This document shows, piece by piece, positions 27,081-35,284 of a stretch of 35,284 bases of DNA. Position 1 is the first letter of the stretch; the number at the start of each line of letters is the position of its first letter. The notes beneath the pieces were generated by a model that worked only from the letters and a program-made list of their open reading frames with translations, searched no databases and had not been told where the DNA came from. Source of the stretch: Candidatus Methylomirabilota bacterium (GTDB lineage: Bacteria > Methylomirabilota > Methylomirabilia > Rokubacteriales > CSP1-6); assembly GCA_046726415.1 (NCBI GenBank), contig JBKPAK010000119.1, positions 1 to 35,284 of the forward strand. Reading direction: 5' to 3'. The position numbers were made by a program, and so were the translations under genes.

Positions 27081-27849
27081 TCAGGAACCTCCCAGGAGGA
27101 AGGGAAGGGCGATGGGCGTGAAAGGCCTCAGGCTCCTCGATCTGGGGCGTGTGCCCAGAGCCCTCAAGCACCATGAGCCGAGCGCCCGAGATGCTATCCC
27201 GCACGACAGCCCCGTGCTCGGGAGTTCGAGACCGGTCATAGCGTCCCTGGATGATGAGGGTGGGGACGCGAATCTCCCCGAGTCGCTCCAGCGTCCGCGA
27301 TCCGGCGTTCGAGCGCGCCGCATCCACTGCAGCGCGGTGGCTCGCGGCGAGCGCGATCTGCCGGTACTCCATCAGGCGCGCCGCCGGCGGCGGCACGCGA
27401 AAGAACTCCGCAACAAGCGGGCCGACCGCCTCCGCGTCCCACGGGGCGCTGGCGGTGGCGTCGGCTCGGGCAAGGCCGGCGGCCGGGTCGGCTGTCGCCG
27501 CGCCGGTGGCGACCAGGAGGAGACGGGTCACGCGGTCGGGATGTCGCAGTGTCAGGTGCTGTGCCACCACGCCCCCCATCGAGCCGCCGACCAGCGCTAC
27601 CCGGTCGAGCCCCCGGGCATCCAGCAGCGCGACGAGGCCGTCGGCGTAGGCCTCCATCGTGTACGGGCCGGGTGCGTCGGCAGAGGCGCCGAAACCCGGC
27701 AGATCTGGGGCGAGGCCCCATGCGCCGGCCGCGGCCAGGCGGTCGAGCGTCGGCCTCCAGTAGGACGAGGATTGGCAGTAGCCGTGGATGCAGAGGACGG
27801 CCGGCTTCGCCCCCATCCGCTCCAGGCAGTACATCGGGCTTTTGCGCAT
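27081..27849 (-). CDS. Alpha/beta fold hydrolase with an apparent +1 frameshift near the 3' end
   Basis: IHG, APDLPGFGAS, nucleophile GGSMGG, PTLIIQGRYD, GSGHTPQIEEP; one extra base at 27114-27116 separates FHA from IALPFLLGGS*. Confidence 0.85.
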
Positions 27850-27863
27850 CCGCTCGCAACCGG

Positions 27864-29201
27864 TCAACTCCACTGCTTGCGCAGCTCGCGTGCCTTGTTG
27901 GCCGAGGCCGTGAGGGCATCACGAGGGCTGACCTTCTTCACTAACGCGTTCTGAACCTGCTGCTGGGTGTAGCGGTCCCAGTCGTTGTACCAAGGGGCCT
28001 TGATGTTCGTGCGCGCTCGAGCAGTGGCGTATTGTTGGCTCCGTACCTCGAGGTCCCACCCGGCGTCGCGTTGGATCTTGGTCATCTCGGGATCCTTGTC
28101 CAGCGACCGAAACGCGTAGCCCACGCCGTACTTGGAGTACCAGTCCTTGGCGGTGTAGTAGACCCCTTGCTTGTCCTTGCCACCCATGTACGAGATGAGC
28201 CTCCAGGCGGCGTCGCGTACCTTGGTCTTCGCGTCGATGCAGTAGAGGCGAGTCCACCCCATCGGACCCTTGCCCGTGTCGGTCAGGCCGGGGAAGCGGG
28301 TCGGCGCAATGTCGCCGGCGCGCTTGCTCAGCTTGGGGTTGTTGGCGCGCGGGAGCACGTTGCCCACGTTAGAGGTGAAGAAGCCCTGGCCGTTCACAAA
28401 GGCATCGCGGGCCTGGGTCTCATCGAGCTCCAGGCCCTTGGGGTCGAGGATTTTCCAGTCGTACATCGCCTGAACCAGCCACTCGAGCACAGCGAGGGCC
28501 GACTTGTCCTTATCAGGATAGACGGGCTCCAGTGCTTCGTCGAAGAGATTACCGCCGGACGCGAAGACCATCGACCAGAACTCGGACAACCCATCCACGT
28601 TAGTCTTGAAGCCCTTGAGGATCGGATACTCGACAGGGCTCGTCTTCTTCACCGCTAGCGCTGCCTCCCGAAGTTGATCCAGAGTAACCGGTCCCTTGAC
28701 CACTCCAGCCTTCTGCAACGCCTTCTGGTCGTACATGTACACGTAGATGTCGCCGTAGTACGGCGTGCCGTACTGCTTGCCCTTGTAGCGCAGCGCTTCG
28801 AGGTTGAACGGGAAGATGTCCCGGTCGAGCTCCGCTAGCCCCGGCAGCCCATCGATCGGCTGGACCCAGCCGGCTTCGACCCAGGCGCCGAGGTTGGTGT
28901 CCCGGACGTAGTAGGCGTCTGGTTGGGTGCCAGCGTTGAACAGCGCGACCATCTTCTCGTTGTAGAGCTGGAGGTCGAGCGGGGTGTACTCCACCTTGAC
29001 GTCGGGATTCTGTTCCATGAACCGCTTGACATTGGCCTCGACGACCTGGGGCTCAAAGGCCCAACCGGCGAAGCGAACAACAGTCGGCGCGGCCGCGGCC
29101 CGGCGTGGGACGCCGAGACCGAGGACCACTCCGGCGCTGCCAATCCCGGCCGAACGGACGAAGGTGCGTCGCGAATCATGTCGGCCACTGCCCTGAGCCA
29201 T
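27864..29201 (-). CDS. Carbohydrate-type (family 1) ABC substrate-binding protein with Tat signal
   Basis: SRRTFVR twin-arginine signal; FMEQNPDVKVEY, AGTQPD, YKGKQYGTPYY, AAWRLISY. Confidence 0.9.
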   Translation of the reverse strand: MAQGSGRHDSRRTFVRSAGIGSAGVVLGLGVPRRAAAAPTVVRFAGWAFEPQVVEANVKRFMEQNPDVKVEYTPLDLQLYNEKMVALFNAGTQPDAYYVRDTNLGAWVEAGWVQPIDGLPGLAELDRDIFPFNLEALRYKGKQYGTPYYGDIYVYMYDQKALQKAGVVKGPVTLDQLREAALAVKKTSPVEYPILKGFKTNVDGLSEFWSMVFASGGNLFDEALEPVYPDKDKSALAVLEWLVQAMYDWKILDPKGLELDETQARDAFVNGQGFFTSNVGNVLPRANNPKLSKRAGDIAPTRFPGLTDTGKGPMGWTRLYCIDAKTKVRDAAWRLISYMGGKDKQGVYYTAKDWYSKYGVGYAFRSLDKDPEMTKIQRDAGWDLEVRSQQYATARARTNIKAPWYNDWDRYTQQQVQNALVKKVSPRDALTASANKARELRKQWS

Positions 29202-29249
29202 GGAGACCTCCCTGTCGACCGTGCATGGTAAGTGGGCGGGTCTGACGCG

Positions 29250-30149
29250 TTATCCCTTGACCGCACCCGACACGAGACCCTGAACGATGAGCCGCTGGAA
29301 GAGGAAGGCCAGGACGAGGGGCGGGATGACGGCGAGCACCCCTCCGGCGGCCATCAATGTGCGCTCCGTGGTGACGTCCGTCGCGAAGCCGGCGACGACC
29401 ACTGGCGCCGTCTTCGCAGCCATGCTGGACGTCAGAATAACCGCAAAGAGGTAGTCGTTCCAAGCCGTCATGAAGGCGAACATCGCGGCCGCGACGAGGC
29501 CCGGAACGGCAGAAGGTACGAGAACGCGCCGCACCATGCCGAGCCATGTGCAGCCGTCGACGAGCGCGGCCTCCTCGAGCTCGCGCGGAATGCCCTGGAA
29601 GTAGCTCTTAAGGAGCCAAATGGTGAAGGGCAACGTAAGGGTGAGGTACGTGATGACGAGGGCGAGGAGGTTGTCGAGGAGCCCCAGGCGCTGGATCACG
29701 AGGTACAGGGGCACAATCAGGGCGATCCCAGGAACCATGCGAGAGCCGAGGTAGAGAAACATCAGAGTTGTGCGGCCAGGGAAGCGCAGCCGGGCGAAGC
29801 TGTACCCGGCCAAAGTGCCCAGCACAACGTTGAGCAGAGCCGTGGCGGTTGCGGCGGCCAGGGAGTTCCCGATCGCCGGAAGCGTGTTCTCGGCTGCCCG
29901 GCTCCCGACAATCGATCGGATCCCGCCCGGCTGGAAGAACGTCAGATAGTTCGCGAGGGTGGCGCGATCGGGAATCCAGTGCGGCGGAACCGACATGGCC
30001 TCCTGTTCGCGCATCACACTCGTGAGGACGAGCCAGGAAAACGGAGCTAGGAAGAGACCGGCCACAGCCACCCCTCCGAGCGTTCGGAGGACCATGCGCC
30101 GGCGCCGTCGTCTCAGGGAGGTTGAGGTACCGGGCTTGGCCTTCCTCAT
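29250..30149 (-). CDS. Carbohydrate ABC transporter permease (MalG-like)
   Basis: PF.WLV.TS, TL.NY, NSL, AGYSFAR.RFPG, LPFTIWLL.SYF..IP.ELEEAALVDG, AWNDY, FQR.IVQGL..GAVKG; ATGA overlap. Confidence 0.92.
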   Translation of the reverse strand: MRKAKPGTSTSLRRRRRRMVLRTLGGVAVAGLFLAPFSWLVLTSVMREQEAMSVPPHWIPDRATLANYLTFFQPGGIRSIVGSRAAENTLPAIGNSLAAATATALLNVVLGTLAGYSFARLRFPGRTTLMFLYLGSRMVPGIALIVPLYLVIQRLGLLDNLLALVITYLTLTLPFTIWLLKSYFQGIPRELEEAALVDGCTWLGMVRRVLVPSAVPGLVAAAMFAFMTAWNDYLFAVILTSSMAAKTAPVVVAGFATDVTTERTLMAAGGVLAVIPPLVLAFLFQRLIVQGLVSGAVKG

Positions 30150-31072
30150 GCCTCGAACTCGCCCCGCCGGTAGAGAATTCGGAAGTAGACCAGGGCCAGC
30201 CCGAGGGTAATGAGACTGACCGTGTACGCGTAGGCGTTCCCCAGACCGAAGTCGAGGCTGTCGAACGTCGTGAGATAGGTCTGCCAAACGAGTGTCGTGG
30301 TTGCGGTTCCCGGACCGCCGGCAGTCAGCACGTAGACAATGTCGAAGACTCGGATGGCCAGCATGGTCTGTAGGATAAGCACGACCAGGAGGGGCTGGGC
30401 GAGCCACGGCAACGTGACGTGCGTGAAAAGCTGCCAGGCTCCCGAGCCGTCCACGCGGCCCGCGTCGTAGAGTTCGCCCGGGATCGTCTGGAGCGCGGCC
30501 AAGAGGAGGATCACCGCGAGCGGGAGCGCATTCCAGACGTGAGCGGTCACGAGGGCGAGGAGGGCGCCCATCGGATCGGAGAGCCACCCTCGGTAGGTCG
30601 ACAGCACCCCGAGGCTGACGAGTAGTCCGTTGAGCGCGCCGACCTTGGCGTCATAGATCCACTGCCACATGAGGCCATTGACGACCGGTGGGATGGCCCA
30701 GGGGACGAGTGCGACGGTCCGCACGAGCCCGCGCCCGGGGAACGGTTCGTTGAGAAGCAGAGCGATCAGGATACCGAAGCCCACGACGAGACCGACCGCC
30801 AACGCCGTGAAGATCAACGTGACCTGGAATGCGGCCCAGAACTCCGGAGATCGCAGGATCGCGGCGTAGTTCTCGAAGCTGATGAACTGGAAAAGACGAG
30901 GCCGCTTGAGGTTGTAACGATGGAGGCTGAGCCACAAGGAGTAGAGGATGGGGTAGCCGACTAGGAGGACGATGGCCAGCAGGGCGGGGGCGTTGAGGAG
31001 GTAGGCGAACGAGGGGTCGGACAGGCTGCCGGCCGCCATCAAGCGTCGCCAACCGCCGGGCCGTCTGATCAC
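30146..31072 (-). CDS. Carbohydrate ABC transporter permease (MalF-like)
   Basis: PALL, YPILYS, F..FENY, PWAIPPVV, W..LP, LQTIP.ELYDAGRVDG, FD.VYVLT.GGPG; start GTG 31072 (SD AGGAGAGG) or ATG 31039. Confidence 0.92.
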   Translation of the reverse strand: MIRRPGGWRRLMAAGSLSDPSFAYLLNAPALLAIVLLVGYPILYSLWLSLHRYNLKRPRLFQFISFENYAAILRSPEFWAAFQVTLIFTALAVGLVVGFGILIALLLNEPFPGRGLVRTVALVPWAIPPVVNGLMWQWIYDAKVGALNGLLVSLGVLSTYRGWLSDPMGALLALVTAHVWNALPLAVILLLAALQTIPGELYDAGRVDGSGAWQLFTHVTLPWLAQPLLVVLILQTMLAIRVFDIVYVLTAGGPGTATTTLVWQTYLTTFDSLDFGLGNAYAYTVSLITLGLALVYFRILYRRGEFEA

Positions 31073-31407
31073 CGCGATTCCCTCTCCTGTCGGCTCTAGA
31101 CCGTAGACAGGGGTGACGGGCTCACCGCCGCCCTGTCTCCCCGGCTGCGTCGCTGTTTTCTCGAGGTGACTGTGCTCCTGTGCGGCAAGGGGCGGCCCAC
31201 TCAAGCCCCTGCCCGCGGCTGATTGTCATGGCGGACGTTTTCTCATTGCGCTCCATTGCCTCTCCGAAGTAGACAGCGCGACACCACCGAGGATGGAAGG
31301 CCGTGGAGCCTGGCGACGTGACCGTGAGTGCTGTCGCCACGATATGGCAACGGAGCCTACCCAACAACCCCCACGGCCGAGTCACCCCTGTTAGTCGAAC
31401 CCACCTC

Positions 31408-31436
31408 TTGACTCGCAGCGCACTCTGGCCTAGATT
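31408..31436 (+). promoter_or_regulatory. Putative sigma70 promoter for the ATP-grasp gene
   Basis: TTGACT (31408-31413), 17-nt spacer, TAGATT (31431-31436). Confidence 0.6.
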
Positions 31437-31478
31437 TGCCCGTATTCCGGTCGGGAATATCAATTAAGGGAAGACCCT

Positions 31479-32456
31479 ATGTCGCCAGCAATTAGAGGCC
31501 CCATCGGCATCCTCGATGAGCATCCTGAATGGTCGGCCCGGCTGATTGCCGAGTTCGATAGGCGGGGGCTAGCGTGGGAGAAGGTGGACCATTCCAGCCA
31601 TGGCTACGATCCGCGCGAGCGCCGTCCCGCCTACTCGGTCATCGTCAACCGCACTAGCCCTTCCTCCCACACGCGCGGGCATGCGAGCGTCCTGTTCTAC
31701 GCCGAGGCGCTGCTCGAGCACTACGAGTCCCGGAACGTACCGGTGATCAACCCAGTAGCGGCCTACCGCTTCGAGAAGTCCAAGGCACTCCAGCTCGGCC
31801 TATTCGAGCGCTTGGGCCTGCGCTACCCGCGCGCCGTCGTGGTGAACCACCGTGACCAGGTGCTCAAGGCCCTCGACCGCGTGCGCTTCCCGCTGGTGAT
31901 CAAGCCCAACGTGGGTGGCTCGGGGGCCGGCATCGTGCGCTTCGGCGCGCGGGAGCAGCTCGAGGAGCAACTGCCGTCCCTCGACTTCGGACCCGACGGC
32001 ACCGTGCTGGTTCAGGAGTACATCGAGTCGGAGGAGGGAGCCATCGTGCGGGTGGAGGTGCTCAATGGACGGTACCTCTACGCCATCCGCATCGTGCGGC
32101 AGGTCGATGCCGGCTTTAACCTCTGTCCCGCGGATATCTGCCAGGTGCCGAGGCCTCGAGGGGCCACCGCGGATCTGGGCTCCTGCCCCATAGAGTCAAG
32201 GCCCGGGCTCAGCGTGAGCCGCTACGATGCGCCCCGGGAGGCCGTGGACACCGCCGTCGGCCTGACTCGCGCCGCCTCCATCGATGTGGGGGGCGTGGAG
32301 TACCTGGTGAGCCGAACCGACGGGCAGACCTACTTCTACGACATCAACGCCACGTCCAACTTCGTAGCCAATGCCCACGAGGTGCTGGGGTTCGACCCCA
32401 CCCGACGCTTTGTTGATTACATAGAGCGCGTGGCCGCGGGCTCGCAGACCGGATAG
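31479..32456 (+). CDS. RimK/glutathione-synthetase-like ATP-grasp protein
   Basis: PVINP..A...EKSK, FPLVIKPNVGGSGAGI, LVQEYI, VRVEV, GGVEYL, YDIN..SNF. Confidence 0.87.
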   Translation: MSPAIRGPIGILDEHPEWSARLIAEFDRRGLAWEKVDHSSHGYDPRERRPAYSVIVNRTSPSSHTRGHASVLFYAEALLEHYESRNVPVINPVAAYRFEKSKALQLGLFERLGLRYPRAVVVNHRDQVLKALDRVRFPLVIKPNVGGSGAGIVRFGAREQLEEQLPSLDFGPDGTVLVQEYIESEEGAIVRVEVLNGRYLYAIRIVRQVDAGFNLCPADICQVPRPRGATADLGSCPIESRPGLSVSRYDAPREAVDTAVGLTRAASIDVGGVEYLVSRTDGQTYFYDINATSNFVANAHEVLGFDPTRRFVDYIERVAAGSQTG

Positions 32457-32471
32457 CTAAGCTAAAACGGC

Positions 32472-33113
32472 TCAGAGGAGCCGCCCCGGCGGACACTGCC
32501 CCCGCGGGGATCGCACCCTCCTGTCTGGCTCAGGCGTCCAGCGACTCCGCAGGACCAGGAGCCGCAGGTCCTCGCCCGGAGCGGTGAGAAGCGAGAGGCC
32601 GATCGAGCGGCTCGCCGCCACGATGGGAATGCTTACCTCAGGCGCGCCGAGGAGGCCCGCCACCGAGCCCAGCGTGAGGTCCTTCCTGCGATTGGTGGTC
32701 AGGTCCTCTGCGGAGGCGCGGTTGAGCGGGGCGATGGTCCAGGCAGTGGGCAGGCAGAGCACGGTGTCAGGCGCCAGGCGAGGACCGAGCACGCCGCGAA
32801 GGCGCTTCCGCTCGAAGAGCGCAAGGTGGCGTTGCGCATCAGTGACCCGCGAGGCGGCCTCGAAGTTCTCCCGGATGTTGTCGGCCAGGTGAGGATTCGT
32901 CTCCCGGATCCACTTGCCGTGCGCCTGCCAGACTTCCCATTGCTTGAGCGCGTGGAAGGTGTCGAACCACGCCGTCAGGCCGCCACCGCCAAGGCGCACC
33001 TCGCGCCTGTCCGAGAACGCTCCGCCCGTCGAGGCCACCGCGTCACGCAGCTCTCCGACATGGCGATCGTCGACTAGCTCGAAGGCGTCGGGCGTCTGGA
33101 AGACCGCAATACG
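32472..33113 (-). pseudogene. C-terminal fragment of an amidase-signature family enzyme
   Basis: F..L...EVW..HG.WI....P, VLCLPT...IAP, AGL.G.PEVSIP, IGLSL....G.D..LL; the N-terminal GGSS/GTD.GGS signature region is absent. Confidence 0.7.
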
Positions 33114-33297
33114 GGGGGTTATGCTCGTGCCATCCGACCTTGGGAGATCGTATGCACATGGACCGTGTGCGGCGAGAAGACGGCTGAATACTGAGGACGC
33201 ATCTTCGGTGGGAATTCGAGGGTTCGTCACCGTCGCGGGCGGCGTGCCAGGCGACCGGTCGGGCTCCCGGATCCGCACAATATACGAGGGAGGGCCG

Positions 33298-33747
33298 ATG
33301 TCGCTCGCGATGACGACGCAGGAGCGGGAGAGGTTTCTGGCGGATGTGCACGTGGGAATCATCAGCATCCACGAGGATGGGGGCGGGCCGCTCACCGTGC
33401 CAGTCTGGTACGCGTATGAGCCGGGGGGAGAGCTTCGAGTCATGACCGGCAGGACGTCCCGCAAGGGCCGGCTCCTCGAACGCGCGGGCCGGTTCAGCCT
33501 GTGTGTTCAGACCGAGATCCCGCCGTACAAGTACGTGAGTGTCGAAGGGCCAATCGTCGCCATCGATCCCGCGGATCTGGAGCGGCATCTCCGGCCACTT
33601 GCCCATCGGTATCTCGGCGGGGGAGCCGGCCCCTACATGGAGTCAGCGCTGAAGGATCCCGCCTACCGCGACAATGTGGTCGTTCGCATGCGTCCGGAGC
33701 GCTGGCTGACCGCTGATTTCGCCAAAGCGGGCGCTACGGCAGGGTGA
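33298..33747 (+). CDS. Pyridoxamine 5'-phosphate oxidase-like (PPOX split-barrel) protein
   Basis: MT..ERE.FL...HVG, PL.VPVWY.Y, SRK.RL, PYKYVSVEG, RMRPERW...D; SD GAGGGAGG. Confidence 0.85.
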   Translation: MSLAMTTQERERFLADVHVGIISIHEDGGGPLTVPVWYAYEPGGELRVMTGRTSRKGRLLERAGRFSLCVQTEIPPYKYVSVEGPIVAIDPADLERHLRPLAHRYLGGGAGPYMESALKDPAYRDNVVVRMRPERWLTADFAKAGATAG

Positions 33748-34900
33748 ACTCCCTCGCCCAGCGGTCCAGGAACAGCGCGATCATCTTCGTGCGCTCGAGC
33801 AGGGTCGCGATCTCAACAAACTCCTCGTCGCTGTGCGCGCGGCTGCCGCGCGGGCCGAGCCCATCGATGGTGGGGGCGATGGCGGACGTCGTGTTCCCGT
33901 CGGAGCCACCACCGGTCTTGATCGCGCGCACCTCCACGCCGAGCTCGCGGCCGGCGGCGGCCATGATCTCGAGCAGGCGCATCGTGCCGGGCAGGCCGGG
34001 CGGCCACGGCGGGAACTGAATCTCGCCCCAGAAGCGGGTCCTGGTGCCGGGCACGTGGACCCGCTCGCAGATCCGCCGCATGGCCGCCATGGCCGCCTCG
34101 GCCTCTTGCCGGGTCCAGGCCCGCAGATCGATCTCGGCGAACGCGCGGTCGGCAACGACGTTGGGTCGCTCGCCTCCCCGCACGGTGCCGACGTTGACGG
34201 TGGTGCCGGTCCCGAAGTCGGTGAGGGCGTGGAGCGCGGTCACCTTCTGGGCAAGGTCCCAGATGGCGCTGGCGCCCAGCTCGGGCTGCACCCCCGCGTG
34301 CGAGGCTTTTCCCGTGACGTCGAGGTAGAAGCTGCCGGCGCCCTTGCGCGCCATCACGTACTCGCCGTCGGGGCGCGCCGGCTCCAGGATGCCGACGCTG
34401 TGCGCGCGCCGCGCCTCGGCCTCGATCACCTCGCGCGAGGTCGGCGACAGTCGCTCCTCGTCGGCATTGAAGACGACGGTGACGTTCGTCTCCTCCCACG
34501 TGCGCGTGCGGGCTTCGCGGTGGGCCCGCATGGCGTAGAGCACCGCGGCGAGGCCGCCCTTCATGTCGTAGACGCCAGGACCCCACGCGCGCCCTTGCGG
34601 GTCGATGCGGAATGGGCGCTGCTTGGCGGTACCGGAGGGGAACACGGTGTCGTAGTGGCCGACGAAGAGGAAGCGCTTGGGGCCGGAGCCGGGCTTGTCG
34701 CCCACCAGGTGGTCGCCGAAGCGGTCGTTGACGACCCGGCGCACGGCGAAGCCCAGCCGCTCGAGCCGCTCGGCGAGGATGGCGCCCACGCCGTTGACGT
34801 CGACGACGTCGTCGGTGCCGCTGTCGTGGTTCACGAGGCGGGCGAGGAACTCGATCTGCTCATCGCGCCAGCCGTCCAGGCGGTCCAGGAGATCGCGCAT
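33734..34900 (-). CDS. M20 family metallopeptidase (carboxypeptidase G2-like)
   Basis: LVN.DSGT, GHYDTVF, GPGVYDMKGG, NADEE, LEP, RKG, G.ASHAG..PE.GASAI, TVNVG.V.GG..PNVV, GGGSDGN, DGLG..G..AHS..E. Confidence 0.93.
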   Translation of the reverse strand: MRDLLDRLDGWRDEQIEFLARLVNHDSGTDDVVDVNGVGAILAERLERLGFAVRRVVNDRFGDHLVGDKPGSGPKRFLFVGHYDTVFPSGTAKQRPFRIDPQGRAWGPGVYDMKGGLAAVLYAMRAHREARTRTWEETNVTVVFNADEERLSPTSREVIEAEARRAHSVGILEPARPDGEYVMARKGAGSFYLDVTGKASHAGVQPELGASAIWDLAQKVTALHALTDFGTGTTVNVGTVRGGERPNVVADRAFAEIDLRAWTRQEAEAAMAAMRRICERVHVPGTRTRFWGEIQFPPWPPGLPGTMRLLEIMAAAGRELGVEVRAIKTGGGSDGNTTSAIAPTIDGLGPRGSRAHSDEEFVEIATLLERTKMIALFLDRWAREFTLP

Positions 34901-34956
34901 GGGCGGTATGGTAGCGCGCGCGGCGCGGGGAAGATAACGGCGTGGCCCCGCGGGCA

Positions 34957-35284
34957 TCAGAAGATCTCCTCCAGCAGCGCGGCCAGGCGATAGGCGGCGC
35001 GGGCCGCACGCTCCATAGCCACCCGCGCGGTCGTCTGCACGTAGGTCCGGGGCGGGTCCTGCCCGCGGCGCAGGGTCGGCGGATAGGCGGCCTTGGCCTC
35101 CGCCAGCGACTCCAGGGCCCAGTCCTCGAACTTGCCGGGCCTGAGATCGCCGGCGAGCGCGGTGCGGGGATGGCGCGCGACCACCAGCGCGGCGACGCGA
35201 GCCAGGTACGTGGAGGTCGACTCGTTCCGGCGACGCGGGACGGCCCGGTCGAGGGCAGCGTCCCAGTAGGCATGAAGATTGTCG
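34957..35284 (-). CDS. S1/P1 nuclease family protein, C-terminal part (5' truncated by window edge)
   Basis: Frame extends to the window end: DNLHAYWD (Zn-binding NLHxxWD), WA.ES, Y, A.YRLA.LL. Confidence 0.8.
   Translation of the reverse strand, partial: DNLHAYWDAALDRAVPRRRNESTSTYLARVAALVVARHPRTALAGDLRPGKFEDWALESLAEAKAAYPPTLRRGQDPPRTYVQTTARVAMERAARAAYRLAALLEEIF

Overview
High-GC bacterial chromosomal window made almost entirely of transport and catabolic genes. The gene style suggests Candidatus Rokubacteria/Methylomirabilota, but this is an unverified impression. From left to right: (1) the end of a methyltransferase gene; (2) a ~10 kb operon with hydantoinase/oxoprolinase B and A, a Liv-type ABC transporter (LivM-LivG fused) and a single-chain protein of three RidA/YjgF domains; (3) ogt; (4) an Opp-type transporter without ATPases, plus a two-domain creatininase-family protein; (5) an amidohydrolase with a LigB/LigA-like extradiol dioxygenase; (6) a homogentisate-dioxygenase-like gene flanked by two PIN/VapC toxin remnants; (7) a frameshifted lactonase, a family III CoA-transferase and an orphan family-5 binding protein; (8) a flavin monooxygenase, an alpha/beta hydrolase and a sugar-type ABC transporter; (9) a RimK-like ATP-grasp enzyme, an amidase fragment, a PPOX protein, an M20 peptidase and the 3' end of an S1/P1 nuclease. 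I found no rRNA, tRNA, CRISPR, integrase or transposase. The most interesting signals are the covalent triple-RidA in a lactam-catabolism operon, a 4x ~65-bp palindromic repeat plus a REP-like double hairpin inside that operon, a leader whose mini-ORF copies the C-terminus of the downstream protein, and many gene-fragment scars at module junctions. All calls are by eye from motifs; no database searches were run.
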